A stretch of DNA of 64,000 bases from the NCBI GenBank assembly GCA_963762555.1, contig CAVXLO010000033.1, positions 2,158-66,157 of the forward strand, written 5' to 3'. The stretch is from an uncultured Verrucomicrobiae bacterium. GTDB lineage: Bacteria; Verrucomicrobiota; Verrucomicrobiia; Limisphaerales; UBA8199. Below are positions 49,162 to 57,628 of the stretch, in pieces (position 1 is the stretch's first letter; the number at the start of each line of letters is the position of its first letter). The translations under genes were made by a program, and so were the position numbers. Under the pieces are notes generated by a model. The model did not search any database and had not been told where the DNA came from. It saw only the letters and a list, made by a program, of their open reading frames with translations.

Positions 49162-50544
49162 ATGAACGAACACGGGAACGAGGGAACGGAATACAACCGG
49201 CGGGACTTTCTTCGAGGCGGCTCCGTCGCCACCCTAATGACCATGCTGGGCGGCGTGGAGCTTTTTGGGCAGACCAACGCAGCCCCCGGCCAGGCCGGCA
49301 AAGCCCCGGTGACGAAGATGAAGGTGGCCGTCATCGGCCTGGGCGCCTGGGGTCGCGAGATCGTCAAGACCCTGACCAACCCCGTCGCCCCGGTGGAGCC
49401 TGCGGAATTGGCGGCCATCTGCGACACCTACGGCCCGTCCCTCCGGCGCACCGCCAACACCGTGCCCGGGGTCGCCCAGACGCCCGACTACAAGACCATT
49501 CTCGCCAACAAGGACATCAAAGCGGTCATCATTGCCACTCCCACCATCGCGCATAAGGAAATAGTGCTGGAGTCGTTGAAGGCCGGCAAGCATGTCTATT
49601 GCGAAGCGCCCCTCGCGGGCTCGATCGAGGATGCGCGGGAAATCGCCCTGGCCGCCAAGGCGGCGAACCGCCAGATCTTCCAGGCCGGCTTGCAGAAGCG
49701 CTCCGACCCGCAGCGCCATTTCCTGCTGCCGTTCATCCGTTCCGGGGCGTTGGGGACAACCGTGATGGCGCGCGCGCAGTGGCACCGGAAGACGAGCTGG
49801 CGATCCGCCTCGCCAAACCCGGAGCACGAGAAGGCCCTCAACTGGCGTCTGAATAGGGCCACGTCCCTCGGCCTGGTCGGCGAAATCGGCAGCCACCAGA
49901 TTGACCAGGCCGGCTGGTTCCTCAATGCGCTGCCGACGGCTGTCACCGGTTTCGGCGCGGTGTTGTGCTGGAAGGATGGCCGCGACGTGCCGGACACCGT
50001 CCAGACTGTCATCGAGTTTCCGGGCGGCGTGCAGATGATCTATGACGCCACGCTGGCGAACTCCTTCGACAACGAATACGAAATGCTGTACGGCAACAAT
50101 GCCGCGATCATGATGCGCCAGAGCAAGGCATGGATGTTCAAGGAAGTGGATTCCCCGCTGCTGGGCTGGGAGGTTTTCGCCGCCAAGAAGACCTTCTACG
50201 AAGACACCGGCATTGCGCTGGTCGCAGGCGCCACCAAGTCCACGGGCGCCGACCAATCGCAGGCGGCCAAAGCGGCAGCCGACGCCAAAACGCCGCTCTG
50301 GCATGCCTTCGACAACTTCTTGCGCAACGCGGTGGACTTGAGCGCTACTGCGGAGGATTACATCACCAGTTACGGCGCCGATGATGTGGAAGGCCTGCAG
50401 GAAACGCTCACCAAGCTCCAACTCCGCGCGGCGGCTGGCTACCTTGAGGGCTACCAGGCGGTGGTGACGGGCGCGAAAGCCAACGAGGCGATCCTGACCG
50501 GCAAACGCATCGAGCTGAAGCCGGAATGGTATGAATTGAGTTGA
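49162..50544 (+). CDS. Gfo/Idh/MocA-family oxidoreductase with Tat signal
   Basis: RRDFLRGGSVATLMTML, then a Rossmann start KVAVIGLGAWGREIV and ...GKHVYCEAPLA. ATG 49129 is an alternative start. Confidence 0.8.
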   Translation: MNEHGNEGTEYNRRDFLRGGSVATLMTMLGGVELFGQTNAAPGQAGKAPVTKMKVAVIGLGAWGREIVKTLTNPVAPVEPAELAAICDTYGPSLRRTANTVPGVAQTPDYKTILANKDIKAVIIATPTIAHKEIVLESLKAGKHVYCEAPLAGSIEDAREIALAAKAANRQIFQAGLQKRSDPQRHFLLPFIRSGALGTTVMARAQWHRKTSWRSASPNPEHEKALNWRLNRATSLGLVGEIGSHQIDQAGWFLNALPTAVTGFGAVLCWKDGRDVPDTVQTVIEFPGGVQMIYDATLANSFDNEYEMLYGNNAAIMMRQSKAWMFKEVDSPLLGWEVFAAKKTFYEDTGIALVAGATKSTGADQSQAAKAAADAKTPLWHAFDNFLRNAVDLSATAEDYITSYGADDVEGLQETLTKLQLRAAAGYLEGYQAVVTGAKANEAILTGKRIELKPEWYELS

Positions 50545-50597
50545 TGGGTCAAACGTCAATTACTGCATAACCTGATGAACGAGTATAAGAAATAAGC

Positions 50598-51278
50598 ATG
50601 AAGATACGAACACTTATCGCGGGAAGTATTACCCTCTTATTGTTGGCAACAGTGTCGGCGCCGGCCGCCGACCAAATGACCGTCTATGCTGCCAGATCAG
50701 GCAGCAAGATGCGCATCGAAGGCACAGCGAACATCATCCACACCTCCTGGCAGATCGAAAGCCCGTTCATCGCGGGCATGATGGAGGTCGGGCCGAACTT
50801 CCCGACTGAACCGGGCCAAACAGTGGCGCCGGGTAAAATGGACGCCAAGGCCAACGTCTTCATCATGGTGCGCTCGCTCAAGAGCGTCGAGCCGGACGGC
50901 AGCCATTACAGCGACCACATGGACGAGATCATGTGCGAGCACCTCAAAGAGGCGCAGTTCAAGCGGATCTCTTATCACCTGGACGAGCTCACCCTGAAGG
51001 AGGCCCCCAAGACCAAGGACGCGCCCTACGTGTGCGAGGCGAAGGGCGACCTGACCATCGCCGGGGTGACCAATAAGACCACGATGACGGTCAATATTCT
51101 CCCGCTTCCGGACAAAAAATTGCAGGTCACCGGCACCACCGCCGTCAAGATGACCGACTACAAAGTGGAACCAGTGAACATCAACCTGGTGTTGGGCCAC
51201 ATCAGGACCGGCGACGAGGTCAAGCTGGTCTTCACGTGGATGCTGGCACAGCGGAAGCTCCCGGCTGCAAGCAAGTAA
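50598..51278 (+). CDS. YceI-like periplasmic protein (copy 1)
   Basis: Signal peptide. ...GDLTIAGVTNKTTMTVNILP...TGTTAVKMTDYKVEP... is characteristic of YceI. Confidence 0.7.
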   Translation: MKIRTLIAGSITLLLLATVSAPAADQMTVYAARSGSKMRIEGTANIIHTSWQIESPFIAGMMEVGPNFPTEPGQTVAPGKMDAKANVFIMVRSLKSVEPDGSHYSDHMDEIMCEHLKEAQFKRISYHLDELTLKEAPKTKDAPYVCEAKGDLTIAGVTNKTTMTVNILPLPDKKLQVTGTTAVKMTDYKVEPVNINLVLGHIRTGDEVKLVFTWMLAQRKLPAASK

Positions 51279-51341
51279 CAGGGCTGGCGGTTTGGGCTGA
51301 GCCGCGCCGAACAGTTTTAAAGCAACTGGGGCGAATTCTGT

Positions 51342-52145
51342 ATGAAGAAGCGAACCTTGATTGCGGGAGCAATAGCCCTTTTGGCGCTGGCAACTGCGTC
51401 GTGGGTGGTTATTCATGCAGGGAGGCGAGCGGCTGCCCCACCAATCGAGGAGCATCCCCTCGCCCTCGATTCTGGCGATGCGGGCGAGACATCCTCCCAG
51501 ATGCTCGCTCAATCAACCGGAGCGTCGCCAGCCGCCGACCAAATGACCGTCTATGCTGCCAGGGCAGGCAGCAAGATGCGCATCGAAGGCACAGCGAACA
51601 TCATCCACACCTCCTGGCAGATCGAAAGCCCCTTCATCGCGGGCATGATGGAGGTCGGGCCGAACTTCCCGACTGAACCGGGCCAAACAGTGGCGCCGGG
51701 TAAAATGGACGCCAAGGCCAACCTCTTCATCATGGTGCGCTCGCTAAAGAGCGTCGAGCCGGACGGCAGCCACTACAGCGACCACATGGACGAGATCATG
51801 TGCGAGCACCTCAAGGAGCCCCAGTATAAGCGGATTTCCTATCGCCTGGACGAACTCACGCTGAAAGAGGCGCCCAAGACCAAAGATGCGCCTTATGTCT
51901 GCGAGGCCAAGGGCGACCTGACTATCGCCGGAGTGACCAACAAGACCTCGATGGTGGTAAATATACTCCCCCTGCCTGACAAGAAGCTGCAGGTCACCGG
52001 CACCACCGCCGTCAAGATGACCGACTACAAAGTGGAACCAGTGGACATCAACCTCCTGTTGGGCCACATCAAGACCGGCGACGAGGTCAAGTTGGTCTTC
52101 ACGTGGATGCTGGCCCAGCGCCCAGCCGCGGCCGCAGCCAAGTAA
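51342..52145 (+). CDS. YceI-like periplasmic protein (copy 2, longer N-terminus)
   Basis: The last ~200 aa are near-identical to copy 1, with an extra ~45-aa linker after the signal peptide. Confidence 0.7.
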   Translation: MKKRTLIAGAIALLALATASWVVIHAGRRAAAPPIEEHPLALDSGDAGETSSQMLAQSTGASPAADQMTVYAARAGSKMRIEGTANIIHTSWQIESPFIAGMMEVGPNFPTEPGQTVAPGKMDAKANLFIMVRSLKSVEPDGSHYSDHMDEIMCEHLKEPQYKRISYRLDELTLKEAPKTKDAPYVCEAKGDLTIAGVTNKTSMVVNILPLPDKKLQVTGTTAVKMTDYKVEPVDINLLLGHIKTGDEVKLVFTWMLAQRPAAAAAK

Positions 52146-52187
52146 CGGCGCCGGCCCCGTGCCGGCTTGGCTCCGACAGGGGCGAAA

Positions 52188-52853
52188 TCAATCGAACTGA
52201 ATTGTTCCAAAGCAGCCGGGCCGGTGAAAGTTGAACTCGTCCACCGGCGACCAGGCGGCCCAGTGTGGGTGCGAATTCTCTTCGGCGCACTTGAAGAAGT
52301 TGCCACGCCACCCCTGGCCGCTCATCGTGCCCAGCGGCCCGACGTAATGCTCGAACAGGGCGAAGGGGATGAAGAACCTTAACCCCCAGACTATCGGTTC
52401 CGTAATCTCCGGCTCGATGCGTTGCGGCAGGGTTGAACGGAGTTGAATCATCTGCCCCAGGCACGCCGGCACTTTGGTGAACGCCTTGAACCCTCCGGGA
52501 GCCCGCTCCGGGTCCGTAATGTGGGAGGACAGGAAGGCACCGCCACAGTTGAACTCGAAGTTGAAGTAGCCCCGGCCAGGCTTTGGCTCGGCGAAGAACT
52601 CCACGCAACTGTCTTTCCAGACCTCATCCTCATACTGCGTCCGCAAGCAACGCACATAGCGATCCTCTACTCGGAAGAGCCCGTGGATTCCCTCGGCGTC
52701 ATAAAGCAGCCGCGCCGAGGTTCGCGGGCGGTGATTGCTGCTTTCCGGGCGGAAGTGTTGAATCTCCAGCGTCTCGGCCTGCTCCCAGGCCGGGTCTGAC
52801 CACTTAGCGTCGAGTTGCGGCGGCGTGCCCGTGCGTCGGACGGTGTAGTTCAC
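52188..52853 (-). CDS. Carbohydrate-binding family 9-like (CBM9/DOMON-like) protein
   Basis: ...LDAKWSDPAWEQAETLEI...RTSARLLYDAEGIHGLFRVEDRYV...DSCVEFF...YFNFEFN matches the CBM9-like pattern from memory. Confidence 0.55.
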   Translation of the reverse strand: MNYTVRRTGTPPQLDAKWSDPAWEQAETLEIQHFRPESSNHRPRTSARLLYDAEGIHGLFRVEDRYVRCLRTQYEDEVWKDSCVEFFAEPKPGRGYFNFEFNCGGAFLSSHITDPERAPGGFKAFTKVPACLGQMIQLRSTLPQRIEPEITEPIVWGLRFFIPFALFEHYVGPLGTMSGQGWRGNFFKCAEENSHPHWAAWSPVDEFNFHRPGCFGTIQFD

Positions 52854-52899
52854 ACTGCATCACTCCAGCACTCCAGCATTCCATTGCTCCACCATGCCA

Positions 52900-54174
52900 T
52901 TACTTCTCGTACGCCTTGATGACTTTGAGGATTGCGTCGGCAATCTGCTCCATGTCGGACTCGGTGTAGGTCGGGAAGGCGAAACAGGTGAAGGTGTGGG
53001 CCTCATGCCAGCGGGCATTGGGCACATCCACCTTTCGATAGTCCACGCTGGCCGGGTCGGCATATTCCTTGGATTTGAAGGGGAAGCCGCTGCGGCCAAA
53101 GGCGTGGTGCTCCTGAAAGGCGCGTTCCGTGTGGCATTGCGGCCAGAACACCTTCCAGACGGGCGCGCCTTCGGCGGTGACGGCGGTGACAAACTGCTTG
53201 ATGTCGCACTTCATGCTCTCGACATCCAGCGAGAAGGCCATCACATACCAGCCGTTCTGCCGCTCCGGCGTGTCTATCGGGAAGTACTTGATCCGGTTGG
53301 AGGTCTTCAGCGCGTTGATCAGGATTTGCGCGTTGCGCCGCCGGCGCGGCATGTTCCACGTATCCATCCGCGCCAGTTCAGCCAGCCCGATGGCGGATTG
53401 CATCTCCGTCATGCGATAGTTCCAGCCCACCATGTTATGGATGTAGGGCAGCTTCTGTTCGAGTTCGAGCAGGCTCAGCCGCTGCTTCACGTCGTAGCCG
53501 TGATCCCGGAAACTGCGCGCCGTCCAGGCCAACTCCTCGTCGTCGGTCGTGATCATGCCGCCCTCCCCGCCGGTGGTGAAGGTCTTGTTCTGGCAGAAGC
53601 TGCAGCCGGCAATGCGGCTTAGCGTGCCCGTCTTCTTGCCCTTATAGGTGCCGCCGAACGCTTCGGCGTTGTCTTCAATGACGTAGAGGTTGTGCCGCTG
53701 GGCGAACGCTGTGACCTGGTCCATGTCGCACACATTGCCGTAAAGGTGGACGGGCATGATCGCCTTGGTGCGCGCGGTCACCAGCCGCTCCGCCGACTCG
53801 ATGCTGATGCAATGGTCGTCCAGGTTCACATCCGCGAATCGGGGGATGGCGCCGGCCTGAACGATTGAGAAGCTGCTGGCGATGAACGTGTAGCTCGGCA
53901 CGATCACCTCATCGCCGGGCCCAAGGCCCAGTGAGGTCAAGGCGACGTGGAGCGCCGCTGTGCCGGTAGCGACGCTGATGGCGTAGCGGCTGCCCTGCCA
54001 TTCGGCAAAGCGCTTCTCGAACTCCATGCCCTGCTTGCCGGTCCAGTAATTGACCTTGCCGGACCGGAGAACGGCTTCCACCGCTTTGATCGCGGCCTCG
54101 TCGAATTGCGGCCAGCCCTGCAGTTTATTGGTGACGGCCTTCGGGCCACCGTTAATCGCCAGTGCTTTGCTCAT
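52900..54174 (-). CDS. DegT/DnrJ/EryC1/StrS-family PLP-dependent aminotransferase
   Basis: ...ATGTAALHVAL...GDEVIVPSYTFIAS...PVHLYG...FCQNKTFTTGGEGGMITT is the PLP-lysine context. ATG 54174 is preferred over the TTG at 54195. Confidence 0.85.
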   Translation of the reverse strand: MSKALAINGGPKAVTNKLQGWPQFDEAAIKAVEAVLRSGKVNYWTGKQGMEFEKRFAEWQGSRYAISVATGTAALHVALTSLGLGPGDEVIVPSYTFIASSFSIVQAGAIPRFADVNLDDHCISIESAERLVTARTKAIMPVHLYGNVCDMDQVTAFAQRHNLYVIEDNAEAFGGTYKGKKTGTLSRIAGCSFCQNKTFTTGGEGGMITTDDEELAWTARSFRDHGYDVKQRLSLLELEQKLPYIHNMVGWNYRMTEMQSAIGLAELARMDTWNMPRRRRNAQILINALKTSNRIKYFPIDTPERQNGWYVMAFSLDVESMKCDIKQFVTAVTAEGAPVWKVFWPQCHTERAFQEHHAFGRSGFPFKSKEYADPASVDYRKVDVPNARWHEAHTFTCFAFPTYTESDMEQIADAILKVIKAYEK

Positions 54175-54293
54175 AAGGTTGTGTTGGTCTCTCAAGCGCC
54201 GATAAGATGCCGGAAACCCATCAGGCTGTTCCCCAACCCGGTGCGCTGGCGGTTATCGGACCTGGAGGAGGATGAATCGTCCAGGCCGGACTG

Positions 54294-54491
54294 TCAATGA
54301 CTCCACTGGGCAAACACGATCTGTTCCGCCGGTGGCTGCGGCGCCGGTTGCCAGTCCAGTGCCCGGTCCACGATCTGACGCATCCGCTGGAACCACCAGC
54401 GCGGATCGCGCGGGGACGGCCGGCGGTTGGCGTGCCGCGACGGGCACACATGCGGGGTAGTGAAGCTCAGTTCCATTTGTGTATTATTCAT
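54294..54491 (-). CDS. Small Arg/Trp-rich conserved-looking ORF upstream of the aminotransferase
   Basis: MNNTQMELSFTTPHVCPSRHANRRPSPRDPRWWFQRMRQIVDRALDWQPAPQPPAEQ. I recall the 'WWFxxMRxxVD' motif from short hypothetical proteins in PVC genomes. Confidence 0.35.
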   Translation of the reverse strand: MNNTQMELSFTTPHVCPSRHANRRPSPRDPRWWFQRMRQIVDRALDWQPAPQPPAEQIVFAQWSH

Positions 54492-54661
54492 AGGCAAACA
54501 TTTAGTATGCGCCCCCAATCTCGCAGGGAGGGTATGACAACGGCGGTCAATCCGTACAAATACGGAATCCGCTTCCAATAACGCCAACCGCCCTCCTCCA
54601 GCGAGCGCCAACGCCACCCCTTTCCTGCCCTGAGCGTTTCCTCCGCCCCCCTCCATCACCC

Positions 54662-54746
54662 CACCGTCACCTCACCGTCACCTCGCCGTAGCACCTCTAA
54701 CCTCAGGTTAGAGGTGCTACGGCGAGGTGACGGTGAGGTGACGGTG
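54662..54746. repeat. 85-nt perfect palindrome (42-nt arms, single central C) with internal CACCGTCACCT duplication
   Basis: CACCGTCACCTCACCGTCACCTCGCCGTAGCACCTCTAACCT-C-AGGTTAGAGGTGCTACGGCGAGGTGACGGTGAGGTGACGGTG, located in a divergent intergenic region. Confidence 0.95.
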
Positions 54747-54832
54747 ACGCTGCGGCGGCGCGGGCGGGACCTGGAGCGGTTGGGTCAGGTTTTGGCTTCC
54801 GCTCCGGGCGGCGGCGTGTTACAAAGCCGGGC

Positions 54833-55648
54833 ATGTCGGCGCAACTCACCATAGGTTTTCTTGGGGCAGGTAAAATGGCCACGGCTTTGGCCAAGGGTCT
54901 GGTTCGGACCGGATTGGCCACGTCTGGCGGGATCATCGCCAGCGATCCGAGCGAATCGGCCCGAGCTTCGTTCGCCAAGGAAACCGGCGCCCCGACCACG
55001 GCCTCCAACTCCGAGGTGGTGAAGTTCGCCAATGTGCTGGTGCTGGCGGTAAAGCCCGACCAGGTTGGGGGCGTGCTGGCGGATATTCGCGAACAGTTCA
55101 CCGGCAAGCACTGCCTCCTGTCCATCGCGGCGGGAGTACCGCTGGCCAGGCTGGAGGCCGGCCTGGGCGCGGGCGCGCGCCTGATTCGGGTGATGCCGAA
55201 TACGCCGGCGCTCGTGGGGGCATCCGCCACCGGTTTCGCCCTGGGCAAATCGGCGTTGCCCGAGGATGGCGCCTTGGCCCAGAAGCTCTTTTCCTCCGTG
55301 GGCGTGGCCTTTCAGGTCAAGGAAGCCCTGCTGGACGCCGTCACCGGCCTGAGCGGCAGCGGACCGGCTTATGTGTATCTCTTTATCGAGGGCCTCAGCG
55401 ACGGTGGCGTTGCCGCCGGCCTGCCGCGCGACATCGCGACCAGGCTTGCCGCCCAGACCGTTCTGGGCGCTGCGAAGATGGTGCTGGAAACCGGCCTGCA
55501 TCCCGGCGCGCTCAAGGACATGGTGACCAGCCCGGGCGGCACGACCATCGAGGGCCTGCACGAGCTGGAGAAAGGCAGGCTGCGGGGCACCCTCATCAGC
55601 GCGGTCCGCGCGGCGAGCGACAAGTCAAAGAGGCTGGGGCAAGGCTGA
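54833..55648 (+). CDS. proC: Pyrroline-5-carboxylate reductase
   Basis: IGFLGAGKMATALAKGL...VLVLAVKPDQV...RVMPNTPALVG...LSGSGPAYVYLFIEGLSDGGV...MVTSPGGTTIEGL are the canonical ProC motifs. Confidence 0.9.
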   Translation: MSAQLTIGFLGAGKMATALAKGLVRTGLATSGGIIASDPSESARASFAKETGAPTTASNSEVVKFANVLVLAVKPDQVGGVLADIREQFTGKHCLLSIAAGVPLARLEAGLGAGARLIRVMPNTPALVGASATGFALGKSALPEDGALAQKLFSSVGVAFQVKEALLDAVTGLSGSGPAYVYLFIEGLSDGGVAAGLPRDIATRLAAQTVLGAAKMVLETGLHPGALKDMVTSPGGTTIEGLHELEKGRLRGTLISAVRAASDKSKRLGQG

Positions 55649-55654
55649 GATGGC

Positions 55655-56908
55655 ATGAGCTTCCCGCCCCCCACCGAGCGACAGGCGCGCGTCATCTGGC
55701 TGGCGTTGACGGGGCTGGCGGTGGCTGTGCTGGTGGCGCTGGTTGTGGGGCTCATCTGGGGGCTGGGCCAGGTGCTGCGGGTGCTCTCGCCGGTGCTGTG
55801 GCCTTTGGCGGTGGCGGGGGTGATTGCCTACCTGCTCGATCCGGTGGTGGACTTCATCGAGCGCAAAGGCGCGTCGCGGCCACGAGCCATCCTCGGCGTA
55901 TTTGCTCTCGCCGTGGTGATTGTAGTCGCGCTGTTTGGCAGCGTCGTCCCGCAGTTGGTCAACGAGACCCGCCAACTCGCCGCTCGCATCCCGGCTTACG
56001 TGGCACGGGCTGAGCAGCGCATGGACTATTGGCTCACGCACCCCCCCGATCTGGTGAAGCGGTTGCTGGAGCGAGATTCCGGCGCGCGCAGCACGCCAAG
56101 CGCCGCCACGGCGACGAATGGGAGCGCAACGGTCTTCTCCACGAACGCTCCCGTTCCGGCCACGGGCGAGAGCACGAACGCCCCCTCGGTGCTCAGCGGC
56201 GCCCTCGACAAGCAAAGCCTGCAGGCGGCCACCAACTGGCTGACGCAGGCGCTGCCTAAAATCGGGTCTTGGCTCTTCGGGCAGGTTGGGCGCGTGGCCT
56301 CGTGGTTCGGAGTGCTGGCCGGGGTGGCACTGGTTCCCGTTTATGCCTTTTATTTCCTGTTGGAGAAGCGTGGCATCTCCTCCCGCTGGACGAACTATCT
56401 GCCCGTAACCGACTCCGGCTTCAAGGACGAACTGGTATTCGTCCTTAATGCCATCAACAACTACCTGATCAGCTTCTTCCGGGGCCAGGTGCTTGTGGCC
56501 ATTTGCGATGGCGTGCTCTACGGCGCGGGCTTTCTGATCATCGGCCTGCCTTACGCGGTCCTGATTGGCGCGATGGCCATCCTGCTGACGATGATTCCCT
56601 ACCTGGGGGCCATCGTGACCTGCATCACCGCGCTGGTAATCGCCTTCGTCCAATTCGGCGACTGGCTGCACCCGCTGCTGGTCCTGGCCGTATTCGGGTT
56701 CGTCCAGACGCTGGAGGGGTTGTACATCTCACCTAAGATTATGGGCGGACGTGTGGGGCTGCATCCCCTGGCAATCATCATCGCGGTCATGGCCGGCACA
56801 ACCCTGCTCGGCGGTCTGCTAGGCGGCATTTTGGCGATCCCTCTCACCGCCGCGCTCCGAGTCCTCATGTTCCGCTACGTGTGGAAGCGGCCGGAGGAGA
56901 AGGCGTGA
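55655..56908 (+). CDS. AI-2E family transporter (PerM/UPF0118)
   Basis: Polytopic membrane protein. ...IPYLGAIV...SPKIMGGRVGLHPLAIIIAVMAG..LGG..G...AIPLTA is typical of the family. Confidence 0.8.
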   Translation: MSFPPPTERQARVIWLALTGLAVAVLVALVVGLIWGLGQVLRVLSPVLWPLAVAGVIAYLLDPVVDFIERKGASRPRAILGVFALAVVIVVALFGSVVPQLVNETRQLAARIPAYVARAEQRMDYWLTHPPDLVKRLLERDSGARSTPSAATATNGSATVFSTNAPVPATGESTNAPSVLSGALDKQSLQAATNWLTQALPKIGSWLFGQVGRVASWFGVLAGVALVPVYAFYFLLEKRGISSRWTNYLPVTDSGFKDELVFVLNAINNYLISFFRGQVLVAICDGVLYGAGFLIIGLPYAVLIGAMAILLTMIPYLGAIVTCITALVIAFVQFGDWLHPLLVLAVFGFVQTLEGLYISPKIMGGRVGLHPLAIIIAVMAGTTLLGGLLGGILAIPLTAALRVLMFRYVWKRPEEKA

Positions 56909-56987
56909 TGCGTGATGCGTGATGCGTGAAGGGACATGGCATCCAGCCCGTGTTTCACGTTTCACGCATCACGCATCACGCATCACG
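56904..56987. terminator. Hairpin with 27-bp stem made of (GCGTGAT)3 heptamer repeats, between convergent genes
   Basis: CGTGATGCGTGATGCGTGATGCGTGAA (56904-56930) has its exact reverse complement at 56961-56987, with a 30-nt loop. It overlaps the transporter stop codon. Confidence 0.6.
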
Positions 56988-57586
56988 TTTCACCAGCATC
57001 TCCCTCACATCCACGGCCTCCATGCCCGCGGCCCGGATCGCCCGCATTCCCAGGTCCGTGTCCTCGTAGGCGCGGCAGAACTGTGGGGGCACGCCTATGC
57101 GGCGGGCGGCTTCCAGGAAGATGTCCGGCGCGGGCTTTTGGCGCACCACGTCTTCGCTGGTAACAATCGCCTGGAACAAGTGACCGGATGCCCAAGTGAT
57201 CCAGCACTTGCCCGATGATCTGCCTTGTCCCGCCCGAGGCTACCGCCAGGGGAATCTTGCCATAGTTCTCACGGGCGACCTCGACCACCGTGTTGATTGG
57301 CTCCACCTCGGCGATGAGCAAAAGATACTCCTCTTCCTTTTCCCGTCCCACCGTCAGCTGAATCGAGCACAAGGCCCTGCTCCGCGCTCAGCATCTTCAG
57401 AATGTCCCGTGCCGGCACGCCCCCGAGCGAATAGAAGCGCTCCTCGGACAACGAGAACCCGTGCCGCAAGGAGATCACCTGCCACGCCCGCCAATGCAGC
57501 GGCATCGAGTCCGCCAGCGTGCCGTCACAGTCAAAGATGATGCCCCGGGGATGGGGCGGTTGATGATTATTCTTCTCCTCAAGCAT
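56976..57586 (-). pseudogene. HAD-superfamily hydrolase (beta-phosphoglucomutase-like), 2 frameshifts
   Basis: GIIFDCDGTLADS (motif I), IPLAVASGGTRQ (motif II region) and ...FQAIVTSEDVVRQKPAPDIFLEAARRIGVPPQFCRAYEDTDLGMRAIRAAGM (motifs III/IV) lie in three frames. Confidence 0.7.
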
Positions 57587-57599
57587 AGCCAAAGTCCAC

Positions 57600-57626
57600 T
57601 TCACGCATCACGCATCACGCATCACG
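57600..57626. repeat. Third copy of the heptamer-repeat arm TTCACGCATCACGCATCACGCATCACG
   Basis: Identical to 56961-56987, in the same orientation. It ends 2 nt from the prfA stop codon. Confidence 0.9.
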
Positions 57627-57628
57627 CC

